Virus record (IMG/VR): IMGVR_UViG_3300042401_002914 | Location: 1-45,944 of that record | DNA: 45,944 bases | Origin: a virus | Lineage: Duplodnaviria > Caudoviricetes | Strand: one strand, 5' to 3' | Shown here: piece after piece, positions 9,201-18,037 of the stretch | Layout of the letters: the number at the start of each line of letters is the position of its first letter | Numbering within the stretch: position 1 is the stretch's first letter | Position numbers and translations under genes: made by a program | Notes under the pieces: model-generated | What the model saw: the letters and a program-made list of their open reading frames with translations, nothing else | What the model was told of the DNA's origin: nothing | Databases searched by the model: none

Positions 9201-10373
9201 ATGAGCGATAATTTACAAGAAACCTATTATGGTAAAAAAATTGACACATCTAATATATTAAATATAGATGAAGCTGCTAATTTGCGTAATGGAAAAGCCT
9301 GTGTGATTATAACAGGTGTCACAGGTCAAGATGGCAGCCATATGGTTGATTATTTACTCGAAAATACAGATTTTGTAATTTTCGGAGGTGTAAGAAGACT
9401 AAGTGTTTATAATCATGAAAATATTAAACATATAAAGTCGGATAGATTTCATCTCATTAATTTTGATTTAACTGATCCACATGCGATTTCTAGGATTGTA
9501 GAAAAGCTACTTCCTGATTATTTCATTAATTTTGCTGCTCAAAGTTTTGTTGCTAGTAGTTGGGATTTTGCTAGGCAAACATGGCAGGCGAATTCTACAG
9601 CTGTTCTTGATATATTAGAAGCTATCAGATTGTACAAGCCTACTTGTCGTTTATATCAAGCTGGATCTTCTGAAGAGTTTGGTAATGTCTCTTACTCTCC
9701 TCAAGATGAGGCTCACCCATTACGTCCTAGAAGCCCTTATGGAGCAAGTAAAGCAGCTTCTAGGCAGCTTGTAAAAGTTTATAGAGAGTCATATAATCTT
9801 TATGCTATTCAAGGTTGGTTGTTTAATCACGAAGGAACTAGAAGAGGAGAAGAATTCGTAACTAGAAAAATATCTAAAAAAGTTTCTTCTATAAAATATT
9901 GCATAGATAATTCTATAGATTTTTCTCCTCTAGAGCTAGGCAATGTAGATGCTAAAAGAGATTGGAGTGATGCTGAAGATTTCATGGATGGAGTATGGAG
10001 AATGTTAAATCAAGACATTTACAATAAAGATTATTCAGGAATTCCTAACGAATATGTTTTCTCTTCTAATGAGACACATTCTATTAGAGAATTTGTAGAA
10101 AAATCTTTCAATTATATTGGATTGGATTATATATGGGAAAATGAAACGAATAATCCTGAAGATGAAAAATTAGTATCTTATATAAATGGAAATAAAAAAA
10201 CTTTAATGAGTATTAATAAAAAGTTTTATAGACCAGCTGAAGTAGAAACTTTATTAGGAGACAGTTCATTAGCTAGGAAAGATTTAGGTTGGGCTCCTAA
10301 ATGTAACTTTGATCAGCTTGTAAATAAAATGTTAAAGTCTGATATCGAAAAGCTATTTATAGAAAAAGCTTGA
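9201..10373 (+). CDS. gmd: GDP-mannose 4,6-dehydratase
   Basis: ITGVTGQDGS, AAQSFV, YQAGSSEEFG, PRSPYGASK, FNHEG.RRG.EFVTRKI, LGNVDAKRDW, YRPAEV. Confidence 0.95.
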   Translation: MSDNLQETYYGKKIDTSNILNIDEAANLRNGKACVIITGVTGQDGSHMVDYLLENTDFVIFGGVRRLSVYNHENIKHIKSDRFHLINFDLTDPHAISRIVEKLLPDYFINFAAQSFVASSWDFARQTWQANSTAVLDILEAIRLYKPTCRLYQAGSSEEFGNVSYSPQDEAHPLRPRSPYGASKAASRQLVKVYRESYNLYAIQGWLFNHEGTRRGEEFVTRKISKKVSSIKYCIDNSIDFSPLELGNVDAKRDWSDAEDFMDGVWRMLNQDIYNKDYSGIPNEYVFSSNETHSIREFVEKSFNYIGLDYIWENETNNPEDEKLVSYINGNKKTLMSINKKFYRPAEVETLLGDSSLARKDLGWAPKCNFDQLVNKMLKSDIEKLFIEKA

Positions 10374-10397
10374 CTTTTTTAAAATACGCTATAGTAT
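10370..10397 (+). promoter_or_regulatory. sigma70-like promoter TTGACT-N16-TAGTAT
   Basis: Overlaps the gmd stop codon; -10 ends 10 nt before the next ATG. Confidence 0.4.
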
Positions 10398-10407
10398 TTT
10401 CGTTGTT

Positions 10408-10875
10408 ATGACGAATTTCCAAAAAAGCGTATTGAATTTTATGAAATCTGTTGGGCAGAATTGCCCAGAGTCTCCTTCTATACCTGATAATTTAACTAGA
10501 GTTCTAAGAATAAGTCTTCTTTTAGAAGAAGTTTTAGAACTAGCGGAAGCAAGCGGTGTTAAAGTTTCTTTGTCAGATAAAGAAGATCCAATAAATATTG
10601 ATGATTTTAATTACGATATAGAAGGAGAAGTTAATCTAATAGAAGTGGCAGATGCTCTAGCTGATATTAACTATGTCTCTATAGGAGCCGCATGTTCTTA
10701 TGGACTTGATATTGAGCCATTTGAGAACGAAGTATGCAGATCCAATGACTCTAAAATTGAAAATGGATTTCGTAGAGAGGATGGCAAATGGCAAAAAGGT
10801 CCAAATTACAGCCCCGCTAATCTTTCTCCTATCTTAGAAAATCAAATAAAAAATAAATTTACAAATGAAAGCTGA
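10408..10875 (+). CDS. MazG-like / PRA-PH family NTP pyrophosphohydrolase
   Basis: LLLEEVLEL, EVADALADINYV, EV.RSNDSK, RREDGKWQKGPNY.P motifs. Confidence 0.85.
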   Translation: MTNFQKSVLNFMKSVGQNCPESPSIPDNLTRVLRISLLLEEVLELAEASGVKVSLSDKEDPINIDDFNYDIEGEVNLIEVADALADINYVSIGAACSYGLDIEPFENEVCRSNDSKIENGFRREDGKWQKGPNYSPANLSPILENQIKNKFTNES

Positions 10876-11500
10876 ACTATTAAATTATTTTGGAGACGAC
10901 TTAATGATCACCAATGCTGCGAGAGTCAGCTATGGGAAATCTAAAAATGTTTTTGATGAAAAAGATGGGAAACTAATAAATTTTCTTGTTGAGCATAAAC
11001 ATGTTGCTCCTTTTAGGCATCCACAATTGCAATTTAGAATAGAGTGTCCTATTTTTGTTGAGAGACAGCTTTTTAAACATCAGGTAGGAATGTCTGCTAA
11101 TAGTATTAGCGGTAGATACGTTGATTTTAGTGACAAGTATTTTGTAATTGAAAAACTAAGAAAACAATCTAAATCATCTAAACAGGGAAGTGAAGGCGAA
11201 CTTGACAATCCGGAATTATTAGAAAAAATTTCTAACTTTGTTCAACAGTCATCTTCTCTTTATAAAGAGCTTTGCGACGCTGGTGTTGCAAAAGAGCAGG
11301 CTAGAGCAATTTTACCTTTATGTTTAGAAACTCAATTTATCTGGACAGGATCATTGCTTTCTTTTATCCATTTTTGGAATTTAAGATTAAAACCTGATAC
11401 TCAAGAAGAGACACGAATCATAGCTCTTGAAATGTTAAATTTAGTGAAAAATATCGAAGGTAATCCTTTCGAATTCTCTTTAAAATCTTTCAATCTTTAA
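10865..11500 (+). CDS. thyX: FAD-dependent thymidylate synthase
   Basis: NAARVSY, H.APFRH, RQLFKH...NSISGRY, AKEQARAILP, LR....TQ.E.R. Confidence 0.95.
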   Translation: MKAELLNYFGDDLMITNAARVSYGKSKNVFDEKDGKLINFLVEHKHVAPFRHPQLQFRIECPIFVERQLFKHQVGMSANSISGRYVDFSDKYFVIEKLRKQSKSSKQGSEGELDNPELLEKISNFVQQSSSLYKELCDAGVAKEQARAILPLCLETQFIWTGSLLSFIHFWNLRLKPDTQEETRIIALEMLNLVKNIEGNPFEFSLKSFNL

Positions 11501-11509
11501 AAATTTTAA

Positions 11510-11537
11510 TTGACAAATAATATGAATGTGCTAAACT
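11510..11537 (+). promoter_or_regulatory. sigma70-like promoter TTGACA-N16-TAAACT with TGn extension
   Basis: TTGACA 11510-15, TG 11529-30, TAAACT 11532-37. Confidence 0.45.
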
Positions 11538-11695
11538 CAGATATAGAAGTAATCGCAAATGAAATTGCATTGCAATCTATAATAGATTACACAAAAGAAG
11601 AGCTCTTAACAAAAGAGCAATCAGACAGACTAAAAGCTTTAATTATAAAGCATACAAAAATATGTTTGTTTGACACATTATCTCTATATGAATAA
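11522..11695 (+). CDS. Hypothetical protein
   Basis: Short ORF; ATG 11522 is preferred over TTG 11510, which is the -35 box. Its stop overlaps the start of the next gene. Confidence 0.45.
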   Translation: MNVLNSDIEVIANEIALQSIIDYTKEELLTKEQSDRLKALIIKHTKICLFDTLSLYE

Positions 11696-11924
11696 GCAAA
11701 ATAAAACAAAGACAAAAACTGAAACAGCAAAAATCGTAGCTCAGACACCTGCTCCACATCCCTACACAAATCATCGAGGCCGGTTTATTACTCTTCACAC
11801 TCGATCAAAGAGAGGGCAACAGAAGTTCTGCGCAAAGATCTTGAGTATCTCTAATAATTACGTTACTTTTGTAAATGTTAATAACGGAGAAGTTTTGAAA
11901 GTCGCAAAAACATCTATTATTTAG
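11688..11924 (+). CDS. Hypothetical basic protein
   Basis: ORF 11670..11924, likely ATG at 11688; followed by a terminator. Confidence 0.6.
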   Translation: MNKQNKTKTKTETAKIVAQTPAPHPYTNHRGRFITLHTRSKRGQQKFCAKILSISNNYVTFVNVNNGEVLKVAKTSII

Positions 11925-11939
11925 TAAGTTGATGTTTTC

Positions 11940-11974
11940 TCCCGCTCCTTTAATTAGGGGCGGGATTATTTTTT
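11940..11974 (+). terminator. Rho-independent terminator
   Basis: TCCCGCTCCT-ttaatt-AGGGGCGGGA stem followed by TTATTTTTT. Confidence 0.85.
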
Positions 11975-11993
11975 AAAGTGTATTCTTTTATCT

Positions 11994-12185
11994 ATGGAAA
12001 ATAAAATGGAAACATGTAAATTCAGATCAGATACAGTTGCAGAGTATGGACCTCCATGCTGTTCATCTAAAAGATCTGTTGGTTATTATTGTTTGGAACG
12101 TGGAATCCACGGTCTAACAGATGAAGTTTGCAACTCTTGTGAGTTGTATTCTTCGAAAACTCAGGGATTAGAACAAGTAGAATAA
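11994..12185 (+). CDS. Small Cys-rich protein
   Basis: 63 aa with six Cys (C, CC, C, CxxC). Confidence 0.6.
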   Translation: MENKMETCKFRSDTVAEYGPPCCSSKRSVGYYCLERGIHGLTDEVCNSCELYSSKTQGLEQVE

Positions 12186-12201
12186 AAAAAATTATAATAA
12201 T

Positions 12202-13341
12202 ATGGCATCTAAAAAGAAAGAAGACTCCTCAAATGAATCAGACTCGAAAGATATGCTTTCTTCATTTTTGAAGAATAATGAGGAAAATCATTTTAATTAC
12301 CTTCAACCTGAGGAGGTAACGATTTCTTCTGGATCTTTAGGCCTAGATACCTTAATTAAGGTCCGCTCTGGCTCCTTTGTCAGAGTTTGTGGTAAGGGTA
12401 GTGAGTTAGGCAAAACATCGCAATGCTTTGTTTTTGCTCAAAATTATATGGATAAGATTGAAAAATCTAAAACCATTTTTATTAAAGCTGAAGCTCGTTT
12501 AACTCCTGAAATGCAGAAAAGGACAGGAATGAAATTTGTTACTGATCCTAGCAATTGGGAATACGGTACTGTTTTCGTTTTTAGTTGCAATGTTTTTGAA
12601 ACTATAGCTTCTTTAATTGAAAGCATTCTACCTAAAATGCACGAGGCTGGAGAGAAGCTTTGCATTATTCTTGATTCTTTAGATGGCGTAATTCTTAAAT
12701 CAGACAAGGAGAAGAATCTTTGGAATGGAGATGAGAATGTTAAAGTAGCTGGTGTCCCTCTTCTTACAAAAATCTTATTTAAAAGATTAGCTTTGAAAGT
12801 AGTTCACTTCGATGCTTTGTTTTTGATTACAAGTCAATACACAGCAGATATAAAACTAGATCCTTATAGCAAAACTCCTCCAAGGCAAAGCGATGGAGCA
12901 GGTGGATCAGCAATTAATCACCAAAGTGATATTACTCTTTCGTATCAACCTCGTTATGGTGGAGATTACATTCTAGAAAAACCGAATGATAAACCAGATC
13001 CTGTAAAGAATAAAATTCTTGGAGTTTACGCTACCATTGAAATTAAAAAGTCATCTACAGATGTAACTGGTTCTAAAGTAAAAATTCCTATTAAAAAAGG
13101 AAGGAGTGGTTGTGCTATTTGGGTTGAGAAAGAAGTCGTAGATATGATTATATCATTTGAGTTGGTTACTAAAAAAGGAGCTTGGTATTCTTTCTCTGAA
13201 AGTATTGTTTCGATGGCTAAAGATGATGGAGTAGAAATACAAACTCAGCATCAAGGGATGTCCTCTCTTTATGATTATATAGAAAATAATAAAAATGTTT
13301 TCGAATGGCTTCTCAAAAAAGTTAATGAGATTATAGCTTAA
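12202..13341 (+). CDS. recA: RecA/UvsX-like recombinase
   Basis: ISSGSLGLD, variant P-loop GKGSELGKTS, IILDSLDG, GG.AI.H, KKGAWYSF. Confidence 0.85.
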   Translation: MASKKKEDSSNESDSKDMLSSFLKNNEENHFNYLQPEEVTISSGSLGLDTLIKVRSGSFVRVCGKGSELGKTSQCFVFAQNYMDKIEKSKTIFIKAEARLTPEMQKRTGMKFVTDPSNWEYGTVFVFSCNVFETIASLIESILPKMHEAGEKLCIILDSLDGVILKSDKEKNLWNGDENVKVAGVPLLTKILFKRLALKVVHFDALFLITSQYTADIKLDPYSKTPPRQSDGAGGSAINHQSDITLSYQPRYGGDYILEKPNDKPDPVKNKILGVYATIEIKKSSTDVTGSKVKIPIKKGRSGCAIWVEKEVVDMIISFELVTKKGAWYSFSESIVSMAKDDGVEIQTQHQGMSSLYDYIENNKNVFEWLLKKVNEIIA

Positions 13342-13754
13342 TGGAATTAACGAAATTAAAGGGCAATACGAAAGTAAATGTTATTGCCAAATCTTGTATA
13401 GACTGGGATAAGAAAATTTCTATACCCCAGCTTAAAGTAAAAAATTTCCTTTATCCATTTTGGAAAAATGATGTAGTCAAAGAAGAGTTTGTTATTCCCG
13501 GCAGCAGACTTAGAATTGATCTTTTTAATTTTTCTAAAAAAATAGCTGTAGAGGTTAGCCCTGATGAATACCATGTGAATTTTAATCCATGGCTACATAA
13601 GAATCGACAAAATTTCTTAAACAAAGTTAAAAGTGACGATAGTAAAAGAGAATGGTGTATTAGAAATAATATTAAATTAGTAGAACTTTTTAACGAAAAT
13701 ATAGGAAATTTATCAGTTGATTTTTTTCTAGATGAGTACAATATATCTTTATAA
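13341..13754 (+). CDS. DUF559/Vsr-like endonuclease, paralog 1
   Basis: EEF.I...RLRIDL....KIAVEV....H...D..K..W...N.I.L.E pattern. Confidence 0.7.
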   Translation: MELTKLKGNTKVNVIAKSCIDWDKKISIPQLKVKNFLYPFWKNDVVKEEFVIPGSRLRIDLFNFSKKIAVEVSPDEYHVNFNPWLHKNRQNFLNKVKSDDSKREWCIRNNIKLVELFNENIGNLSVDFFLDEYNISL

Positions 13755-13757
13755 AAT

Positions 13758-14045
13758 ATGAAAGACATCCAAGAAATATTAGATTCAATTAAGACTCAAA
13801 GAGAAAAGCAGATCGAAAAAGGTTATACTGTAGATCATGACCTACAATATAAAAATGGTCAGCTTCTATTGGCTGCTTTAACTCTTGTTGGTTTTGCTCA
13901 TGGTCAAACTTCTGGCGATGATAATTTTAAAGAAGCTAAAGAACTTTGGCCATTGAAAAATTTTTCTCCTAGTGAATCTGTTCAAGACAATCTGGTACAG
14001 GCTTGTAGTCTTATAATTGCGGAAATCCAAAAATTATCTCTATAA
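13758..14045 (+). CDS. Conserved phage hypothetical protein
   Basis: R.KQI.KGYT.DHD....QL..AA...WP...NLVQA.SLIIAEI pattern recurrent in phages; function unknown. Confidence 0.65.
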   Translation: MKDIQEILDSIKTQREKQIEKGYTVDHDLQYKNGQLLLAALTLVGFAHGQTSGDDNFKEAKELWPLKNFSPSESVQDNLVQACSLIIAEIQKLSL

Positions 14046-14052
14046 TTTTTAA

Positions 14053-14469
14053 ATGAAATGGATAACGGCAAAAGGAAACATCCGACCATTGTCCGAGAAA
14101 AAATATGCAATAAAATGGAATGGTGATAGTCTTAGCTTTTTCCAGTTTAATGTAAAACAATTCTTTAAAAAGTATTGGAAAGATGATGTTGTTGGGGAGG
14201 AGGTTCTTTTGCCTCAGACTCGCTTGAGAGTTGATCTAATGAATTTCTCAAGAAAAATAGCCGTAGAAGTAAACGGATTATTTCATGTAGAGTATACTCC
14301 TTATTTTCAAAATTCAGTTGAAGACTTCGAGAAACAGGTTTATAGAGATGTTCTGAAGGAGCATCTTCTTGAGAAAAATGGATTTGAAGTGATTGAAATC
14401 TATGAAAAGAATATGCCTTTAAAAGAAAAATGGATAGAAAGTGTTTTCGGTTCTCATATTATTAAATAA
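14053..14469 (+). CDS. DUF559/Vsr-like endonuclease, paralog 2
   Basis: RLRVDL....KIAVEVNG.FH...RD..K...L..NG..VIEI. Confidence 0.7.
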   Translation: MKWITAKGNIRPLSEKKYAIKWNGDSLSFFQFNVKQFFKKYWKDDVVGEEVLLPQTRLRVDLMNFSRKIAVEVNGLFHVEYTPYFQNSVEDFEKQVYRDVLKEHLLEKNGFEVIEIYEKNMPLKEKWIESVFGSHIIK

Positions 14470-14471
14470 TT

Positions 14472-15017
14472 ATGCTTGTCTCTGAATTCCCTATTTCTAA
14501 TAGGACAAAAAATGTATTATTACAGAATGGTTTCCTCTCTGAAGTTGATTTCAATGGTAAATTTTTAGAAGACATTAAGTCTCTAGAAGGCATGGGATCA
14601 AAAGGAGTGATGGAAATCAGAGAGTATTTGCATGGTAAATTTGGTTTGATTTTAAAACTTAAACCAAAACCAAAGAAAATTTCTAATCCTAAAGAGGCAA
14701 GAATTCTTATACTTCATTTCATTGGAAAAAGAGATAAGATTTTTTGGCCCAAGGAGATGCTGGCTGCAAACAAGCTTTTGGCTTTATTTGATTTAAATAC
14801 TCTTCTCTCTGTAGTCCCAAATGAAAAAGCTTCTACTCTTCTTTTCTATCTATGTGAAGAAGGTCGAAAGTATATTAGAACGTATTTACCTAGTGTAGAG
14901 ATAAAACAGGAACAAAAACAAGAAAAATCGGAAGATATCTTTGTTCAAGATGTACAGTTAGACTTAGAACTATCAGTGAAAAAACCTAAATCTCTAAAAG
15001 ATTTTCTATTTAAATGA
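14472..15017 (+). CDS. Protein with N-terminal RNA polymerase alpha-CTD-like (HhH) domain
   Basis: VSEFPISNRTKNVLLQNG...DIKSLEGMGSKGVMEIREYL resembles the alpha-CTD consensus (L.LS.R..N.L...G...L..I.NLG.KS..EI). Confidence 0.65.
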   Translation: MLVSEFPISNRTKNVLLQNGFLSEVDFNGKFLEDIKSLEGMGSKGVMEIREYLHGKFGLILKLKPKPKKISNPKEARILILHFIGKRDKIFWPKEMLAANKLLALFDLNTLLSVVPNEKASTLLFYLCEEGRKYIRTYLPSVEIKQEQKQEKSEDIFVQDVQLDLELSVKKPKSLKDFLFK

Positions 15018-16477
15018 ACCATAGCAGAATTTCAACTCCTCAGGAACAAGAACGTGCATGTCTAGCTGGCTTTATAAAGTGGCCAGACAATGTAGCTGAT
15101 TACGGTTCTGTTTTAAAAGCAACTCATTTTGATAATAAAGTTCACTCAGCAATCTTTTCTGCTATTCTAGCTGTTTACAGTCAAAATGCGACTGTAGATA
15201 AATTGCTTGTTGCTGAAAAGCTAACGTCTATTGGTTTAAAGTTATTTGAAGATTTAAATATTATAGATTATCTTGATTGTTTATCTCAGATGCAAATCAG
15301 AGAGCAATCTATTCCTAGTTTTATTGCTAACGTAATCAAATACGATTTTGCTAGAAAAGCTGATAAATCTTTGGAAGAAGGCAAGAATGAAATCAGGAGT
15401 AATATTGATAAATCTTTGCCAGAGCTTGCCAATGTTATTGAGAATACATTAAAGAGTGCGGGCACAGAAAACGTAGCTGACGAGGAAAAGCCTATTGATG
15501 TTTTTTCTACGATGCAGGAAACCGTTTTGGACTGGGCTGAGAATCCAAGGCCTGTATGTCTTAAAACTCCGTTCCCAATTTTTACAAAAATGTATGGAGG
15601 CCCTAGTTTCGGTGATTTGTTTGTTATTGCTGCTGGTCCGAAAGTTGGTAAAAGTACTTTCGTAAACTTCTTAGCTTATGAGGTAGCTGGATTAGCAGAA
15701 AATAATTGTTTAGCTTTAGTATTAGATACTGAGCTAGAAACTGATCGTATTATTGCTAGAAATCTTTCTGCTATTTCTGGTGTTAATGAGTATAAAATTA
15801 AAACAGGTAAATTTCTTAATAACCCTGTAGACAAGAATAAAGTATATGCAGCTTTAAATTCTTTGGAAAAGTATAAGGGTAGAGTTCACCACAAGTATGT
15901 AGCGAATAAATCTATTGATGAAGTAATATCTATTGCTAAAAGATGGTATGTCCAGAATGTTAAAAATGGGGAGAATGTACTGCTTATTTATGATTATTTG
16001 AAATCAACTCAAGAAAATATTACGAATGCATTTGAAGGATACGAGCTTCTTGGTCAAAAGACTGACAAGCTAAAAAAACTCGTGTCTTCATTACCAAGGA
16101 CAGCAGGTTTGACAGCCGTGCAAACTAATCGAAGCGGAGGCACAGCAATGTCTTCTCAGATTGAGTGGCATTGTTCCAACATGTATAGATTAGAGAAGAA
16201 AACTCCTGAGGAAATTGGAGAAGGAGGTAAAGAATTCGGAACTCATAAACTTATCGAAGTTCGAGCTCGTGTTCAAGGCGAAGAGGCTATGGGAGCAGAT
16301 AACTATGTGAAGAGGTCTACTCAAGACGGAGATGTCTTTGTAGAAAATTACATCAATTTTAAAGTCGAGAACTTTAAAGTTATGGAGTGTGGCAGTGCAG
16401 AAGATGTATTTAATAAAAGGTTAGGGCAAATAGAAGTTGCAAATAATAAAAAATATACTAAAGGAGACTTTATATGA
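15014..16477 (+). CDS. dnaB: Replicative DNA helicase (DnaB family)
   Basis: N-terminal E.A.L...F....H..IF.AI domain; GDLFVIAAGPKVGKST Walker A; LIYDYLK; AVQTNR. Confidence 0.9.
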   Translation: MNHSRISTPQEQERACLAGFIKWPDNVADYGSVLKATHFDNKVHSAIFSAILAVYSQNATVDKLLVAEKLTSIGLKLFEDLNIIDYLDCLSQMQIREQSIPSFIANVIKYDFARKADKSLEEGKNEIRSNIDKSLPELANVIENTLKSAGTENVADEEKPIDVFSTMQETVLDWAENPRPVCLKTPFPIFTKMYGGPSFGDLFVIAAGPKVGKSTFVNFLAYEVAGLAENNCLALVLDTELETDRIIARNLSAISGVNEYKIKTGKFLNNPVDKNKVYAALNSLEKYKGRVHHKYVANKSIDEVISIAKRWYVQNVKNGENVLLIYDYLKSTQENITNAFEGYELLGQKTDKLKKLVSSLPRTAGLTAVQTNRSGGTAMSSQIEWHCSNMYRLEKKTPEEIGEGGKEFGTHKLIEVRARVQGEEAMGADNYVKRSTQDGDVFVENYINFKVENFKVMECGSAEDVFNKRLGQIEVANNKKYTKGDFI

Positions 16478-17373
16478 TCGTAGAGCTACTCAAGAAAATG
16501 GGATATATGCCAGAGAAGTCTGGGTCTGATTATCTAAGAATGAAAGCTATTTATAGAAATAGTGCTAGTTCATCTTTAAGTGTAAATACTAAAAGTGGAT
16601 GGTTTACAGATTTCGTTACTGGCCAATCTGGTCCTCTTGTAAAGTTGGCCATGATAACCTTAAATATAAATGAAAAGGATGCTAAAAACTTTTTAAGGAA
16701 TGAGTATTTTGATAATTCAGCTAATACTCAGGAAGAAGAAGAGGAAACTAAAATAGTTCAAGACAAATTCTTTGATTCTGATTTTGTAAAGGATTTAATG
16801 CCTTGGTATACATTCTATAAAAATAGAGGTATTTCAGAGCAAACTATAAAAGATTTTGGTGGAGGAGTAAAGACTTATGGAAAGTTAAATAACAGATTTG
16901 TTTTCCCTATCTATCAAGGAGAAAAAATTATAGGTCTCGCTGGTAGGGATTTATATACTAACTCTCAAAGACCTAAGTGGAAAATACTAGGTAGAAAGGC
17001 TAATTTTGTTTACCCTTATAAACTCGCACTCTCTGAAATTGAATCTTCAAGGTGTGTAATTTTAGTAGAAAGCATTGGAGATGCTCTTTCTCTTTATGAG
17101 GCTGGTATAAAAAACTTTTTAGTACTTTTCGGATTAAGTGTTTCAAAGCCTGTAATACTTACTCTGATAAAAAGCAATTTAGACAAAATTATTATTGCGA
17201 CTAATAATGATATAGATTCTGAAACTAATAGAGGAATGGAAGCTGCATTGGGCATTAAATATAAATTATCTAAATTCTTTAGTTCCGATTCTATTTTTGT
17301 GAAACTTCCTTACAAGAAAGATTTCGGAGATATGAAAAAAGAAGAGATTGTAGAGTGGCATAAATCATTATAA
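16474..17373 (+). CDS. dnaG: DNA primase (Toprim)
   Basis: RGIS, NRFVFPI, GLAGR, PKW, ILVESIGDALSL, ATNND, KDFGD. Confidence 0.85.
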   Translation: MIVELLKKMGYMPEKSGSDYLRMKAIYRNSASSSLSVNTKSGWFTDFVTGQSGPLVKLAMITLNINEKDAKNFLRNEYFDNSANTQEEEEETKIVQDKFFDSDFVKDLMPWYTFYKNRGISEQTIKDFGGGVKTYGKLNNRFVFPIYQGEKIIGLAGRDLYTNSQRPKWKILGRKANFVYPYKLALSEIESSRCVILVESIGDALSLYEAGIKNFLVLFGLSVSKPVILTLIKSNLDKIIIATNNDIDSETNRGMEAALGIKYKLSKFFSSDSIFVKLPYKKDFGDMKKEEIVEWHKSL

Positions 17374-17432
17374 AAAAATCTATAAGATTTTAAGTTTCTT
17401 CTTTTGGTGTATACAATATATTAGGATTAAAT

Positions 17433-18035
17433 ATGAAAAACGAAAATAAAACCTTGAACAAACCATTCAGACTTCCGGGTGGAAGTGCTAAAAAATTTGG
17501 TGTTTACGTGAAGAATGACAAGGGCAATGTTGTCATTGTAAAATTTGGAGACCCCAATATGTCTATTAAAAGGGATGATCCAGAAAGACGTAAAAGCTAC
17601 AGAGCAAGACATAATTGTGATAGCCCCGGTCCTAAATGGAAAGCCAATTATTGGTCTTGTAAAATGTGGTCTAGTAAGCCTGTAAACGAAATAGTTGGAG
17701 AAGAAGATATTTTTGATTTTGATAATCTTCCATCTCAAGAAGAAATAATTGCTCTAGATAAAGATCTTGAAAATGTTAAAGAAGAACCTATTGAGTTCTC
17801 ATTCGCTGAAGTAGATTATTTGGATAAGGAAAAATATTCTCAAGTAAAACAAATTGCAGATAGAAAATTTGGAGAAAAAAATTCTTATGTGAAAAATTTA
17901 TTTATTTTAAGAGAATACAAAAAAAGAGGCGGAAAAGTGAAATATTCAGGAGACAAACCTGAAAACTCTGATATAAAGACTCTAGTAAAATCATCACTGT
18001 TTGATGACACTCTCTGGAATTTAATCGAAAATTAA
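17433..18035 (+). CDS. DUF6321-like conserved viral protein with an extra C-terminal domain
   Basis: LNKPFR...KKFGVYVK...V.FGDP.M.IKR..P.RRKSYRARH.CD...A.YWSC..W; C-terminal REYKKRGG segment. Confidence 0.65.
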   Translation: MKNENKTLNKPFRLPGGSAKKFGVYVKNDKGNVVIVKFGDPNMSIKRDDPERRKSYRARHNCDSPGPKWKANYWSCKMWSSKPVNEIVGEEDIFDFDNLPSQEEIIALDKDLENVKEEPIEFSFAEVDYLDKEKYSQVKQIADRKFGEKNSYVKNLFILREYKKRGGKVKYSGDKPENSDIKTLVKSSLFDDTLWNLIEN

Positions 18036-18037
18036 AA

